Below, piece by piece: positions 31,779-39,987 of a stretch of 50,037 bases of DNA. Below the pieces are notes generated by a model. The model was not told the DNA's origin. It searched no databases and saw only the letters and a program-made list of their open reading frames with translations. Source of the DNA: a virus; IMG/VR virus record IMGVR_UViG_3300020559_000006. One strand, written 5' to 3'. A program made the position numbers and the translations under genes. How positions within the stretch are numbered: the stretch's first letter is position 1; each line of letters begins with the position of its first letter.

Positions 31779-33047
31779 ATGGGCAAAGCGTTAGAGGTTT
31801 TTGAAAAAACCTGTAAAAAAGGTAAAGCTTGCGGAAATGCTTGTATTTCCGCGCTTAGAAATTGTGCAAAGAAAACCGGAGAATCCACTAAAAAGACCGG
31901 AGAATCCACTAAAAAGACCGGAGAATCCACTAAAAAGACCGGAGAATCCACTAAAAAGACCGGAGAATCCACCAAGGAAACCGGGGAATCCACTAAAAAG
32001 ACCGGAGAATCCACTAAAAAGACCGGAGAATCCACTAAAAAGACCGGGGAATCCACTAAGAAAACTGGGGAGTCTGCTAAAAAACTGGGGAGTCTACTAA
32101 AAAAAACTGGGGGGTCTACTCAACCCACTAAAACCACACTTGTATCATACAAAGCCGATTCTTCGGATCATAAGGCTTTGATGAACATAGGCAAGGATTT
32201 TTCTGATCAAACTATGGGGAAAGCACTAAAAGCATTACAAGATGCTCAAGCTGAGAAAAAGAATTTCTTTATGGACATAGAGAGGAATAACAAGAAAACC
32301 AAACAAGGAAAATGGTTCAAAAAAGATGAAAAACACGCAGCAAAATTGGATGAGAAAATGTTACTTGCCCAGAAAGAGCTTGAAGCGGCCGCAGAGGGAA
32401 CGTTACAGAAATTAAAAGCCCATCATAAAATTGATAGAGAAGATGCAGAAAAATGGGCTAATTCACTTGTTTCTGACAAATTCACGCTCACAGGTAAAGA
32501 CAGGGAAACAACTTTGACTGCTTTAGCGGATGTTTATATGATAACAGGCGGCATGGGTGCGACAGAACTAAAAAAAGTAGTAAGTACCGATACAAATAGA
32601 GCCTTTGCAGATCCATACACTGGAGAACTAACTTTAGAAAGTAAGGGTCTAAAGATTCTTGGCAAAGAATTATCTCCAGAGGCTGAAAGTAGCCTTACTT
32701 CTCGTCGTGAGACAGTGTTCCACGAATACGCGCATTTTTCGGAATTTGAGAATAAGCAATTGGCTGTCGCGTCAAGAAAATTCATTGAAGATCGGGCTAC
32801 GTCGTCTGAGCTTATGAAAATAAATGATATAACTGGATTCAGCGGATACAGAGATAATGAGATGGCAATCCCAGACAACTTTATAGACCCCTATGTAGGG
32901 AAGATATATGGTCCTTCGGGTACTTGGACTGAGGTTGTTTCGATGGGAGTTGAAAGCTTTAAAACTCCCTTTCAGATGGCTTCCTTTTACAGGCGAGATC
33001 CAGAGCATTTTAATTTTATCTTAGGAGCGATTTTACATGAAAATTAA
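31779..33047 (+). CDS. Repeat protein: 12 x KKTGEST heptads plus a C-terminal HExxH (zincin-like) domain
   Basis: 422-aa ORF. CGNACISALRNC, then the heptad array, then VFHEYAHFSEF (HEYAH at 32721-32735). Confidence 0.6.
   Translation: MGKALEVFEKTCKKGKACGNACISALRNCAKKTGESTKKTGESTKKTGESTKKTGESTKKTGESTKETGESTKKTGESTKKTGESTKKTGESTKKTGESAKKLGSLLKKTGGSTQPTKTTLVSYKADSSDHKALMNIGKDFSDQTMGKALKALQDAQAEKKNFFMDIERNNKKTKQGKWFKKDEKHAAKLDEKMLLAQKELEAAAEGTLQKLKAHHKIDREDAEKWANSLVSDKFTLTGKDRETTLTALADVYMITGGMGATELKKVVSTDTNRAFADPYTGELTLESKGLKILGKELSPEAESSLTSRRETVFHEYAHFSEFENKQLAVASRKFIEDRATSSELMKINDITGFSGYRDNEMAIPDNFIDPYVGKIYGPSGTWTEVVSMGVESFKTPFQMASFYRRDPEHFNFILGAILHEN
31869..32120 (+). repeat. 21-bp tandem repeat x12 (in-frame, coding)
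   Basis: AAAAAGACCGGAGAATCCACT units; the last three are degenerate. Confidence 0.95.
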
Positions 33048-33435
33048 ACTTGAATATTGCCCGTTTGGTGACATAGGCAAAAAAGAATTTACTTTAGCAA
33101 GTGTTGAAGTTGAGACGGAACATAATGATCCTTTCGAGTTCATTAATCCTGTTGTAAAAGTTCAAAGTTACCCAGCAGCAAGCGACCAAAAAAACAAGCT
33201 GAAAGCCGCCGCAGAAAAAGTAAGTGTCAGACAAAGCATAGAGAAAAGGGCTTTAGACGCTTGGGAAAGAGAGCTTGAGGTTTCGCGTGGATATCAGGGG
33301 CATTCTTATTCCCCGAATAATCTAGACCTGTCGCACGCTGTTTATAACTTGCCTTCTTTTAAGGTTTTGAGTATAGAAGGCAATGAAGACTTTAAAAGTA
33401 AACTCCCGCGTATTCCGAAAGGAGCGGTTTCATGA
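33037..33435 (+). CDS. Hypothetical protein (132 aa)
   Basis: Start overlaps the upstream stop region. Second gene of the repeat-bounded cassette. Confidence 0.5.
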   Translation: MKIKLEYCPFGDIGKKEFTLASVEVETEHNDPFEFINPVVKVQSYPAASDQKNKLKAAAEKVSVRQSIEKRALDAWERELEVSRGYQGHSYSPNNLDLSHAVYNLPSFKVLSIEGNEDFKSKLPRIPKGAVS

Positions 33436-33444
33436 GCAGGTGTT

Positions 33445-33542
33445 TTAAATTCTCGTCCATTGTGTGTTATCCTTGTTTTATTCCTGTTGAACTCTCACAA
33501 ATTTCGCAGAGAAGACATAGCACCCCTTGATGAGGTGCTATG
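33445..33542. repeat. ~95-bp direct repeat, copy B
   Basis: Contains a remnant MDENL start (22-codon ORF on the minus strand) and the 11-bp stem hairpin at 33514-33544. Confidence 0.85.
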
Positions 33543-33577
33543 TCTATATTTAGGGAAAACTCCCAAAAAATCTTATA

Positions 33578-35068
33578 ATGCCATCCTGGGGAACATTACT
33601 AAGCCTTGAATCCACGATACAGCAAGCCTTGGCGGTAGAATCACAAGGTGAGAGTAAGATCACGCTGTTTGAAGAATTTGAGCCTAATCCTGGCGGACAA
33701 ACACGGTTTTTAGAGATAGCTGGCTGGGATAGCACCAACGATTTACCGCAGAGATGGACAGGCTTGCTTGGGGGTATAGGCGGGGGCAAAAGTTTCGCTG
33801 GTGCAATTTGGGCGTGTTCCCGTGCCTTACTCGCACCTGACGCTAGAGGTATGATCAGCGCAAATAGCTACGGGCAATTGAGTAGAGCCACACTTCTGGC
33901 ATTGGTCGAAGTTTGCCGGATGTTCAATATCCCCCTTGAACCTTGGCGTGAGTCGGCAGAAGATCAGGCATTAGCGATCGCCAATTGTCAACGCTGCTAT
34001 ATCGGACCGGATCGGGCGTTCGTTTACGTTCTGTCAGCGTCAGCTTTTAGTGGTTCAACTCAAGCGGGGCGCGGTTTACAAATCCGGTGGTTTTGGGGAG
34101 ACGAGTTTGCATATACGCCGGAAAAGGCATTTTTAACAATTGATGGAAGATTGGGGCGTGGTCCAGGTACGCTCAAAGGTCAAGGAATATTAACCACGTC
34201 ACCAGCCGGATATAACTATCTGTGGGATAAATTTGGAGATCCGACACGCAGCGACGACTTAAGACGGATTTACCAAATTGTTTCAATGTCGTCACTGGAA
34301 AATAAAAAATATTTAGGGGAGGATTATGTAGCTTCACTAGAGGCAAACTATAGCGATGAACTGTACCAACAGGAAGTTATGGGGCAGTTCATCAACACGG
34401 TACAGGGTTTAATTTACAAATACTTTGACCGCACCAAACACTCGTTCCAGGATGAAGATGCCGAACTACTGGAATATGACCCGAATCTCCCTCTGCTGCT
34501 AACCTTTGACTTTAACCACACGCCTATAGTTTGTTTAGCAGCCCAAAAACGCGGGAACGAAATTCACTTTTGCAAAGAGTGGTTTATGATGGACTCCGAT
34601 ATTTGGGAACTGACGGAAAGTATTGTGGATTGGGTGGAGAAATACGGCATCCCCCCAGAAATACAAATATTTGGGGATGCCACCGGACGCGCTAGAACTG
34701 CGGCTAGTCGGTTAAGTAGTTGGGATATCGTGTTTCAGGGCTTAGAACCACTAGCCGCAATGCGTGGCAAAGGTTATTTGGTTCGGAAATTTGCAGATGC
34801 CAACCCATTTGTTGTGAATCGGGTCCATTCTGTCAATCAATTGTTCCGCCAAAATCGCTGTTATGTCCACTTTGCGAATTGCCAAAACTTTATCAAGGAT
34901 TTGGAACAGGTGACGTGGAGTGATGAGGGTATCAATAAAAACGATAACCCGCTACTCTCTCACCTGAGTGATGCAGCGGGTTATCTGATTCACAGTATTT
35001 ATCCGTTTAAGAAGGAAACCAGGGAACGGAAAACTGGTAAACGTAAAATTAGCGGACTCGCAGGTTGA
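33578..35068 (+). CDS. terL: Terminase large subunit
   Basis: Walker A LLGGIGGGKSFAG, Walker B WFWGDEFAY. Nuclease motifs LLTFDFNH, IFGDATGRA and LSHLSDAAGY. Confidence 0.9.
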   Translation: MPSWGTLLSLESTIQQALAVESQGESKITLFEEFEPNPGGQTRFLEIAGWDSTNDLPQRWTGLLGGIGGGKSFAGAIWACSRALLAPDARGMISANSYGQLSRATLLALVEVCRMFNIPLEPWRESAEDQALAIANCQRCYIGPDRAFVYVLSASAFSGSTQAGRGLQIRWFWGDEFAYTPEKAFLTIDGRLGRGPGTLKGQGILTTSPAGYNYLWDKFGDPTRSDDLRRIYQIVSMSSLENKKYLGEDYVASLEANYSDELYQQEVMGQFINTVQGLIYKYFDRTKHSFQDEDAELLEYDPNLPLLLTFDFNHTPIVCLAAQKRGNEIHFCKEWFMMDSDIWELTESIVDWVEKYGIPPEIQIFGDATGRARTAASRLSSWDIVFQGLEPLAAMRGKGYLVRKFADANPFVVNRVHSVNQLFRQNRCYVHFANCQNFIKDLEQVTWSDEGINKNDNPLLSHLSDAAGYLIHSIYPFKKETRERKTGKRKISGLAG

Positions 35069-35085
35069 GATACCTAATGGCGAAA

Positions 35086-35436
35086 TTACTCCCAATCAGT
35101 AACGTCAACATCAATGATCTCTGTCTTGTTCTTTGTCAAAAAGCTACCAATGCGGTAACTTATTTTGTGCTTAAGAACGATAAGAAAGTAGAAAGTCCCC
35201 CTAAAATTAAACAAAAAAGCATAAGATACTGCATCTATGACAGACACTATAAATGATTTAGGCATTAAGTTCTGGTAGCAGTAGTCCGTATAAACGTCTA
35301 CCATCTCCAAAGTAGAGTATGTGTCGTATTGTGGGAATTGACGCTTACATTCATCTTCCCACGCTCCAAATGCTTTCATAGGTTCATAAGTAAAAGCATA
35401 CCGGAGATACCACCAGCCGAACTTCATTCTTTCCAT
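35086..35436 (-). CDS. Hypothetical protein (117 aa from MERMKF)
   Basis: ATG 35436 after AAGGA. The track start at 35490 is a GTG inside the upstream small ORF. Confidence 0.5.
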   Translation of the reverse strand: MERMKFGWWYLRYAFTYEPMKAFGAWEDECKRQFPQYDTYSTLEMVDVYTDYCYQNLMPKSFIVSVIDAVSYAFLFNFRGTFYFLIVLKHKISYRIGSFLTKNKTEIIDVDVTDWE

Positions 35437-35440
35437 TGTT

Positions 35441-35569
35441 TTAATCCTTACATTTTCCTTTTTTAATGCAATCTCCTGTTTGATCGTCACGGGCTGCTAT
35501 TGTGGGATTAGCAATATTGAGAATTGTTAAGATTGCTATTAATGCGATCACGATCTGTTTTAATTTCAT
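35441..35569 (-). CDS. 42-aa pre-peptide with signal sequence (not in the ORF track)
   Basis: MKLKQIVIALIAILTILNIANPTIAARDDQTGDCIKKGKCKD. AGGAG lies 6 nt upstream of the ATG. Confidence 0.45.
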   Translation of the reverse strand: MKLKQIVIALIAILTILNIANPTIAARDDQTGDCIKKGKCKD

Positions 35570-35655
35570 GGTCACTCCTGGTGATAGGGGTAGGTTTTGC
35601 TTGGCGGCTGCCTTCCCTTTTGAATTGAATAGTTTTATGTCATCGCGGACGGGTT

Positions 35656-35922
35656 TTAGAAAGAATCGGGATCGAATTTTTTGTCTTCTGTTGATTTGAA
35701 ATTTTTGATTAGATCCAATGTAAATACGGCAATATTCGCTTTGTGCTTATGGCTTTTCCCTCTTTCACGTATTGCTACTAGCAGCGGCAAGATTTGTACC
35801 TCCAGGGGTGGTGGAATTAAAAGTTTTGTCATTTCAGTAAATAAAACTTCAATTTCCCAGTGAGTAAATTTACCGTCGCTATTTTTAGCAATTTTTTCAA
35901 GCCAAAATTCTAAAGATTCCAT
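35656..35922 (-). CDS. Hypothetical protein (88 aa)
   Basis: ORF directly after ssb. Confidence 0.5.
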   Translation of the reverse strand: MESLEFWLEKIAKNSDGKFTHWEIEVLFTEMTKLLIPPPLEVQILPLLVAIRERGKSHKHKANIAVFTLDLIKNFKSTEDKKFDPDSF

Positions 35923-35923
35923 T

Positions 35924-36550
35924 TTAAAAGTCCTCCTGTTCTTGTTCTTTCTTGCCCCCTAAAAGCTCTAATTCTCCAACTAAAATTACGGGTTTTGACC
36001 GTAATTCGCCTGTGCTTTTATCCGTCCATTCCTCAAATTTTATTTGTCCAAGAATGCCGATTAATCCGCCCTTGCGGACATAATTGCCCATCACCTCACC
36101 AGTCTTACCCCACGCTTCTAAATCAAACCAATCTGTCTGTGATGTGCGACGGACGGCTAAAGAGCATGATGTTTTGTTAGTACCAGACTCAAAATACCTG
36201 ACTTCTGGATCACGCCCTACCCGTCCTGCAATGCTGACAGAATTAACGTTTACCGGACTAGAAACCATGTCTAAAGCACTGATTTTAAACTCAGTTACTT
36301 TGGTTTTAGTGCCGTTACTTTCTTTGCTGATAATGTTGATTGCACCAACCAAGACAATAGCTTGATTCTCATCAAGTTGCGCTATTAATTCAGCTAATTT
36401 GCCAAATCCCACACACTTAATCTGTTTGACAGACTCCGATTTACTAGCATTTTGAAATGCTAGTAAGAACTCAGACATAGGTTTGTTGTCATGGCTATAT
36501 CTAAGTTGTGGAGGGGATGAAATGATGCCCGATAAAACTGCGTTATTCAT
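35924..36550 (-). CDS. ssb: Single-stranded DNA-binding protein with two OB folds
   Basis: Second half VSIAGRVGRDPEVRYFESGTNKTSCSLAV...WFDLEAWGK. First half LSGIISSPPQLRY... Acidic tip EQEQEDF. Confidence 0.8.
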   Translation of the reverse strand: MNNAVLSGIISSPPQLRYSHDNKPMSEFLLAFQNASKSESVKQIKCVGFGKLAELIAQLDENQAIVLVGAINIISKESNGTKTKVTEFKISALDMVSSPVNVNSVSIAGRVGRDPEVRYFESGTNKTSCSLAVRRTSQTDWFDLEAWGKTGEVMGNYVRKGGLIGILGQIKFEEWTDKSTGELRSKPVILVGELELLGGKKEQEQEDF

Positions 36551-36699
36551 TTATAGTCCTTTGCCGTCTAAATCCAAAAACAATATTTTCATGATGTTTA
36601 GCGGTGGCGATTCCACCGCAATTACTTTACTTATTTAACAGCCAAAAAGGAAACTAGGGAGCGGAAGTCAGGGAAGAGACGGGTTAAGGGATTGGCGGA

Positions 36700-36921
36700 T
36701 TAGCGTGAAACATGGTCAGTGTAGTTTTCTGTATTATAAAAAGCGTCTAGGATTTCTCCAACAGCTTCATTAATTTTTTCGATCTGCTTCTGCCTAAATT
36801 CTAAAATCTTTTGACAATAGGCGGGATCGTCAAACTCATGTTCTCTGGCAACATCCGCCAAATAAGATAATGCGGACTTAATAGACTCATGATCAATGCA
36901 ATCAATTTTTGGATATGACAT
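36700..36921 (-). CDS. Hypothetical protein (73 aa)
   Basis: ORF after erf. Confidence 0.5.
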   Translation of the reverse strand: MSYPKIDCIDHESIKSALSYLADVAREHEFDDPAYCQKILEFRQKQIEKINEAVGEILDAFYNTENYTDHVSR

Positions 36922-36923
36922 GA

Positions 36924-37628
36924 TTACGCAACCTCTGTTAAAACTTTAGGAAACTCACCTCTTAACACTTGTTGCCATTTTTGAACCGATGTTAAATCAG
37001 GGGATTTAACATTTTCTGTATAAGAATGAAGTGCCTGAAATTCATCCACGCCCTGAGAAATTGCCCAGTCAATGCACATATCTTTAATGAGTTGTTCAGC
37101 AGACTCTAGCTCTTTAATTGATGGAACTTGATAACTGGACAGCCAATTTATAACCCAGGCTTTCTCAACTTTCAGAAATTCCCTGATTTGCTTAATGGCA
37201 TTGCCAATGGACAATTGTCTGCTGTTGACTGATTGTCTGCTGTTGTAGGTTTTCTGTGCGGTTTTATCATCCTTTGCGCTATTTGCATCGTCATCTTCAT
37301 CAGCCGTGATTGATAACAAAGCACAAACAGTATAGCGGCGGGCATAAGTCAAAGCCGCCCCTTTCTTTTGGCTATCCTGAATATCAGGAAGCTCATATTC
37401 ACTGGTCAAAAATTCTCCTGACTCATGAAACAAATGAGTTTTTAATATGCTCCCTTTCTCCATGACTTGGACAATTGCCAATCCATGTTTACAAAGCACT
37501 GGAGTAACAGCGTCTAGAACTGAATCTAGAGATGCATAGGACACTTTAAAATGTGGATTGATTTTGTCTTTTTGTATGGACGGGAACTCAGCCCGTGCTT
37601 TTATCAATGCCTTAATTAGTTCAATCAT
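36924..37628 (-). CDS. erf: ERF-family single-strand annealing recombinase
   Basis: FKVSYASLDSVLDAV...HESGEF...KKGAALTYARRYTVCALLSITADEDDDANS. Confidence 0.8.
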   Translation of the reverse strand: MIELIKALIKARAEFPSIQKDKINPHFKVSYASLDSVLDAVTPVLCKHGLAIVQVMEKGSILKTHLFHESGEFLTSEYELPDIQDSQKKGAALTYARRYTVCALLSITADEDDDANSAKDDKTAQKTYNSRQSVNSRQLSIGNAIKQIREFLKVEKAWVINWLSSYQVPSIKELESAEQLIKDMCIDWAISQGVDEFQALHSYTENVKSPDLTSVQKWQQVLRGEFPKVLTEVA

Positions 37629-37677
37629 TTTTCACCTTTAAAATATTTTTGAATAGGGGCAATTACGCCCCGTTTAA

Positions 37678-38700
37678 CTAAGCTGCTACTAAATGGGTTA
37701 ATCCGATCAATTCCTTGGCTACAAGCTGCCAATCATCCTGATAATCCTCACCATTCATAGTCCAGCCATGATCATCATTCAGGAAGATTGAACCAGCGAT
37801 CGCCCCATTAATTCTGAGTGTGTAAGATTGTCCATGATCATGGACAAAGTTTGAAAACTCGATATTCATGCTTATGTCTTCGATAATTGGCTCTATGCGA
37901 CCAGTGGCACTGTGCATAATCACATTATTTACATATTCATCTTTGATGAATTGTTCTGCCTCTTCATACGAACTAAGAGTTTTTGATTTCTTTACCATTT
38001 CTACATTCCAGGATTGATCTAAATATATAATTTTGGCAATGACATGATGTATGTTATTGTCGACGATGGCTTCATAATAGCCAAAGTCTGTAGGAGAAAT
38101 AAAGCTGATTCTGGATGCTATTGCATTTTTAACAGCGAGTTGATGCTTGCATTCAGCGCCTCTAAAGTGATTATCCCCACACTCACAGCGCTCTTTTGGG
38201 ATGGGGTGAGCAGGTGTGACGGTGTAGTAATTGCCATTCTTATGGTTGAGAGTGACAAACTTCACGAAACCATTTTCTGTGTGTTGCTCGATAACTTCTA
38301 CAGATGCGGCTTTTTCAGCCTTTGTTGCGGCTTGCACTTCTAACTCAACCTCTAACTCTTGTTGAGCCAAGGTTTGACTATCTACGAGTGTGTAGCCCTG
38401 CCATTTGCAATGGCGTTCTGCTTGTTGGTAGGTTGTGGTGCGGTGGACAATCTCACCATTTACCAAAACCATGTAAGGCTGGGTAGAACCCTCAAAACTT
38501 TCACTTTCAAAATCAATAGTTGCTTCTACGACTTCAATTTTTTGAACCTGGGCGGATTGATGCTCAATAATGGCATCAATCCAATTTTGAATAAGTCTCT
38601 TGTCACCTGTGGGCAATACTCCCAAGTCAGAGGCGACTTTTTTAACTTTGATCATTCCTCTGTTGAGGAGTTGTTGACTGGAATAGGTTGGATGTGCCAT
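37678..38700 (-). CDS. SWIM zinc-finger protein with N-terminal SAP/Rho-N-like motif
   Basis: CECGDNHFRGAECKHQ (CxCxnCxH). N-terminal VKKVASDLGVLPTGDKRLIQNWIDAI. Confidence 0.55.
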   Translation of the reverse strand: MAHPTYSSQQLLNRGMIKVKKVASDLGVLPTGDKRLIQNWIDAIIEHQSAQVQKIEVVEATIDFESESFEGSTQPYMVLVNGEIVHRTTTYQQAERHCKWQGYTLVDSQTLAQQELEVELEVQAATKAEKAASVEVIEQHTENGFVKFVTLNHKNGNYYTVTPAHPIPKERCECGDNHFRGAECKHQLAVKNAIASRISFISPTDFGYYEAIVDNNIHHVIAKIIYLDQSWNVEMVKKSKTLSSYEEAEQFIKDEYVNNVIMHSATGRIEPIIEDISMNIEFSNFVHDHGQSYTLRINGAIAGSIFLNDDHGWTMNGEDYQDDWQLVAKELIGLTHLVAA

Positions 38701-38777
38701 GATCAATAAAACCTGATTGGTTAGAAAGCAGTCACCTTGTCCTGAGAAAACTTGTGGCTGCTTTTGTTTACTCTTCT

Positions 38778-38806
38778 ACTATAGCTGGTAACTATAGACT
38801 TGTCAA
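38778..38806 (-). promoter_or_regulatory. Consensus sigma-70-type promoter (TTGACA-17-TATAGT) for the SWIM-erf-ssb operon
   Basis: -35 at 38806..38801 overlaps the stop codon of the HTH gene; -10 at 38783..38778. Contains two CTATAGT copies. Confidence 0.7.
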
Positions 38807-39057
38807 GAGATTTTCCAAAAAAAATTTGAGACCTTGATCTGTAAGGCTTCGCAGATTTTAGCGAAGGTGTCAGCCCCTACTGTTACCTGTTTTCGCTTCA
38901 ATAACCTGGGGTTTTCGATTTGCTGGATATAACCCTCGGCCACTCCAGCCATTTGTGCCAGCTTGGCGCGAGATAACCCTGCGGATTCCCTGTGTTGCCG
39001 TAACTTGGCGGCGTAATCTTGCCCCCAATTAAAAGATGCAATAGGCGTAATGTCCAT
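38803..39057 (-). CDS. XRE/Cro-CI-type HTH regulator
   Basis: LRQHRESAGLSRAKLAQMAGVAEGYIQQIE. Start at ATG 39057 (alternative 39087). The track start lies inside the promoter. Confidence 0.8.
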   Translation of the reverse strand: MDITPIASFNWGQDYAAKLRQHRESAGLSRAKLAQMAGVAEGYIQQIENPRLLKRKQVTVGADTFAKICEALQIKVSNFFWKIS

Positions 39058-39094
39058 CTCAATGCTTACCTTTATTTCATAGTTCATAACTATA

Positions 39095-39129
39095 AAAATA
39101 ATTCCTTTTAGCGTCACTGTCAACTATAG
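39095..39129 (-). promoter_or_regulatory. Candidate promoter of the HTH gene (CTATAG-TTGACA-17-TATTTT)
   Basis: -35 at 39123..39118, -10 at 39100..39095. Confidence 0.45.
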
Positions 39130-39229
39130 CCTAATCTTGCTCATCCTCATCTTTTTCTTCAGGATGCAGTATTCGCGCTATCTTCAAAGCAATCGAGTCT
39201 TTTGCGCCTTTTTTTCATAGAATTTCCTC

Positions 39230-39285
39230 TTGACACTCTCAGGGTTAAATCCGCTGAGTTTTACGCTTACCGCGAGGTCTTATAA
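39230..39285. repeat. 56-bp inverted repeat, copy 1
   Basis: TTGACACTCTCAGGGTTAAATCCGCTGAGTTTTACGCTTACCGCGAGGTCTTATAA. Reverse complement matches 46000-46055 with 2 mismatches. Confidence 0.9.
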
Positions 39286-39289
39286 AAAC

Positions 39290-39658
39290 TCACCCAATTG
39301 ATAGCCTCTGTCCTGCAGAAGAATTAAATAATATTCCGGTATAAGGGTAAAGCCGCGTTCTAATAGTTTTAATATTATTTGATGGCCGTAGCTGGTAGCC
39401 GTCTTTATCTATTTTTGACGGGTCTAAACTAAGTTCTTCAAATTCTGCGAGGATTGCTTGCACTCGCTCAACTTGAGCCGGCTCAAGATTAATTTCCTCT
39501 ATTGATGATTGCAGCCTATTCTGGATTGAAGTCCCATAACTGAATAAATCGGGCATAAGACGCGACTGACCACTACCACCGGATACTGCTGTGCTATTCC
39601 GTAAGGTGATTTCGTACACTTCGTAAAGCAATCCAATTTCGTGATCAGTCAGAGTCAT
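39290..39658 (-). CDS. Hypothetical protein (122 aa), head-module position
   Basis: ORF; ATGA overlap with the upstream gene. Confidence 0.5.
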   Translation of the reverse strand: MTLTDHEIGLLYEVYEITLRNSTAVSGGSGQSRLMPDLFSYGTSIQNRLQSSIEEINLEPAQVERVQAILAEFEELSLDPSKIDKDGYQLRPSNNIKTIRTRLYPYTGILFNSSAGQRLSIG

Positions 39659-39984
39659 GATTGTTGCGCCTCGTAGCTAATGTTGTGATACCCAGTCCAG
39701 GAAACTACTGGGATTTTGGCAATTAGATCCCCTACATCGGCGTAGGGTCTGCCGTCTCGAACTTCCCTGGATTGGGCTGTTGTCAATCCCAACTTTTCTG
39801 ATAAATCTTTGATTGATGCGGAATTGATTTTAATTAGTTCCGCGCTGGGTTCTGTGGGTGCGGGTTGTGGTACAGGCTTTGGTTCATCGGGGGCGGTGAT
39901 TCTGTACCCCATCGCCAAGAAGTTGTTCACCTGCATTTCATGGACTTGAACCCCTTGCCCATCTGGAGAAAAGAGGATAGGCAT
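39655..39984 (-). CDS. Small protein with ComEA-like helix-hairpin-helix motif
   Basis: INSASIKDLSEKLGLTTAQSREVRDGRPYADVGDL. Directly downstream of the capsid gene. Confidence 0.45.
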   Translation of the reverse strand: MPILFSPDGQGVQVHEMQVNNFLAMGYRITAPDEPKPVPQPAPTEPSAELIKINSASIKDLSEKLGLTTAQSREVRDGRPYADVGDLIAKIPVVSWTGYHNISYEAQQS

Positions 39985-39987
39985 AAT

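Noticed and set aside
31757-32100. ORFs 31757..32056 (minus, DSPVFLV repeats) and 31801..32100 (plus, RPENPLK repeats)
   Set aside because: They are open only because the 21-bp tandem unit lacks stops in several frames. The KKTGEST frame is continuous with a 422-aa ORF.
31869-32120. Possible CRISPR array
   Set aside because: The repeats are contiguous 21-mers with no spacers, lie in-frame inside a CDS, and there are no cas genes.
33574-33579. TATAAT hexamer just upstream of terL
   Set aside because: It overlaps the terL ATG itself (33578) and has no -35 partner, so it is probably coincidental.
39230-39262. The inverted-repeat element as a sigma-70 promoter because it starts with TTGACA
   Set aside because: 17 nt downstream lies GCTGAG, which is not a -10 element. 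The hairpin plus T4 reading fits better.
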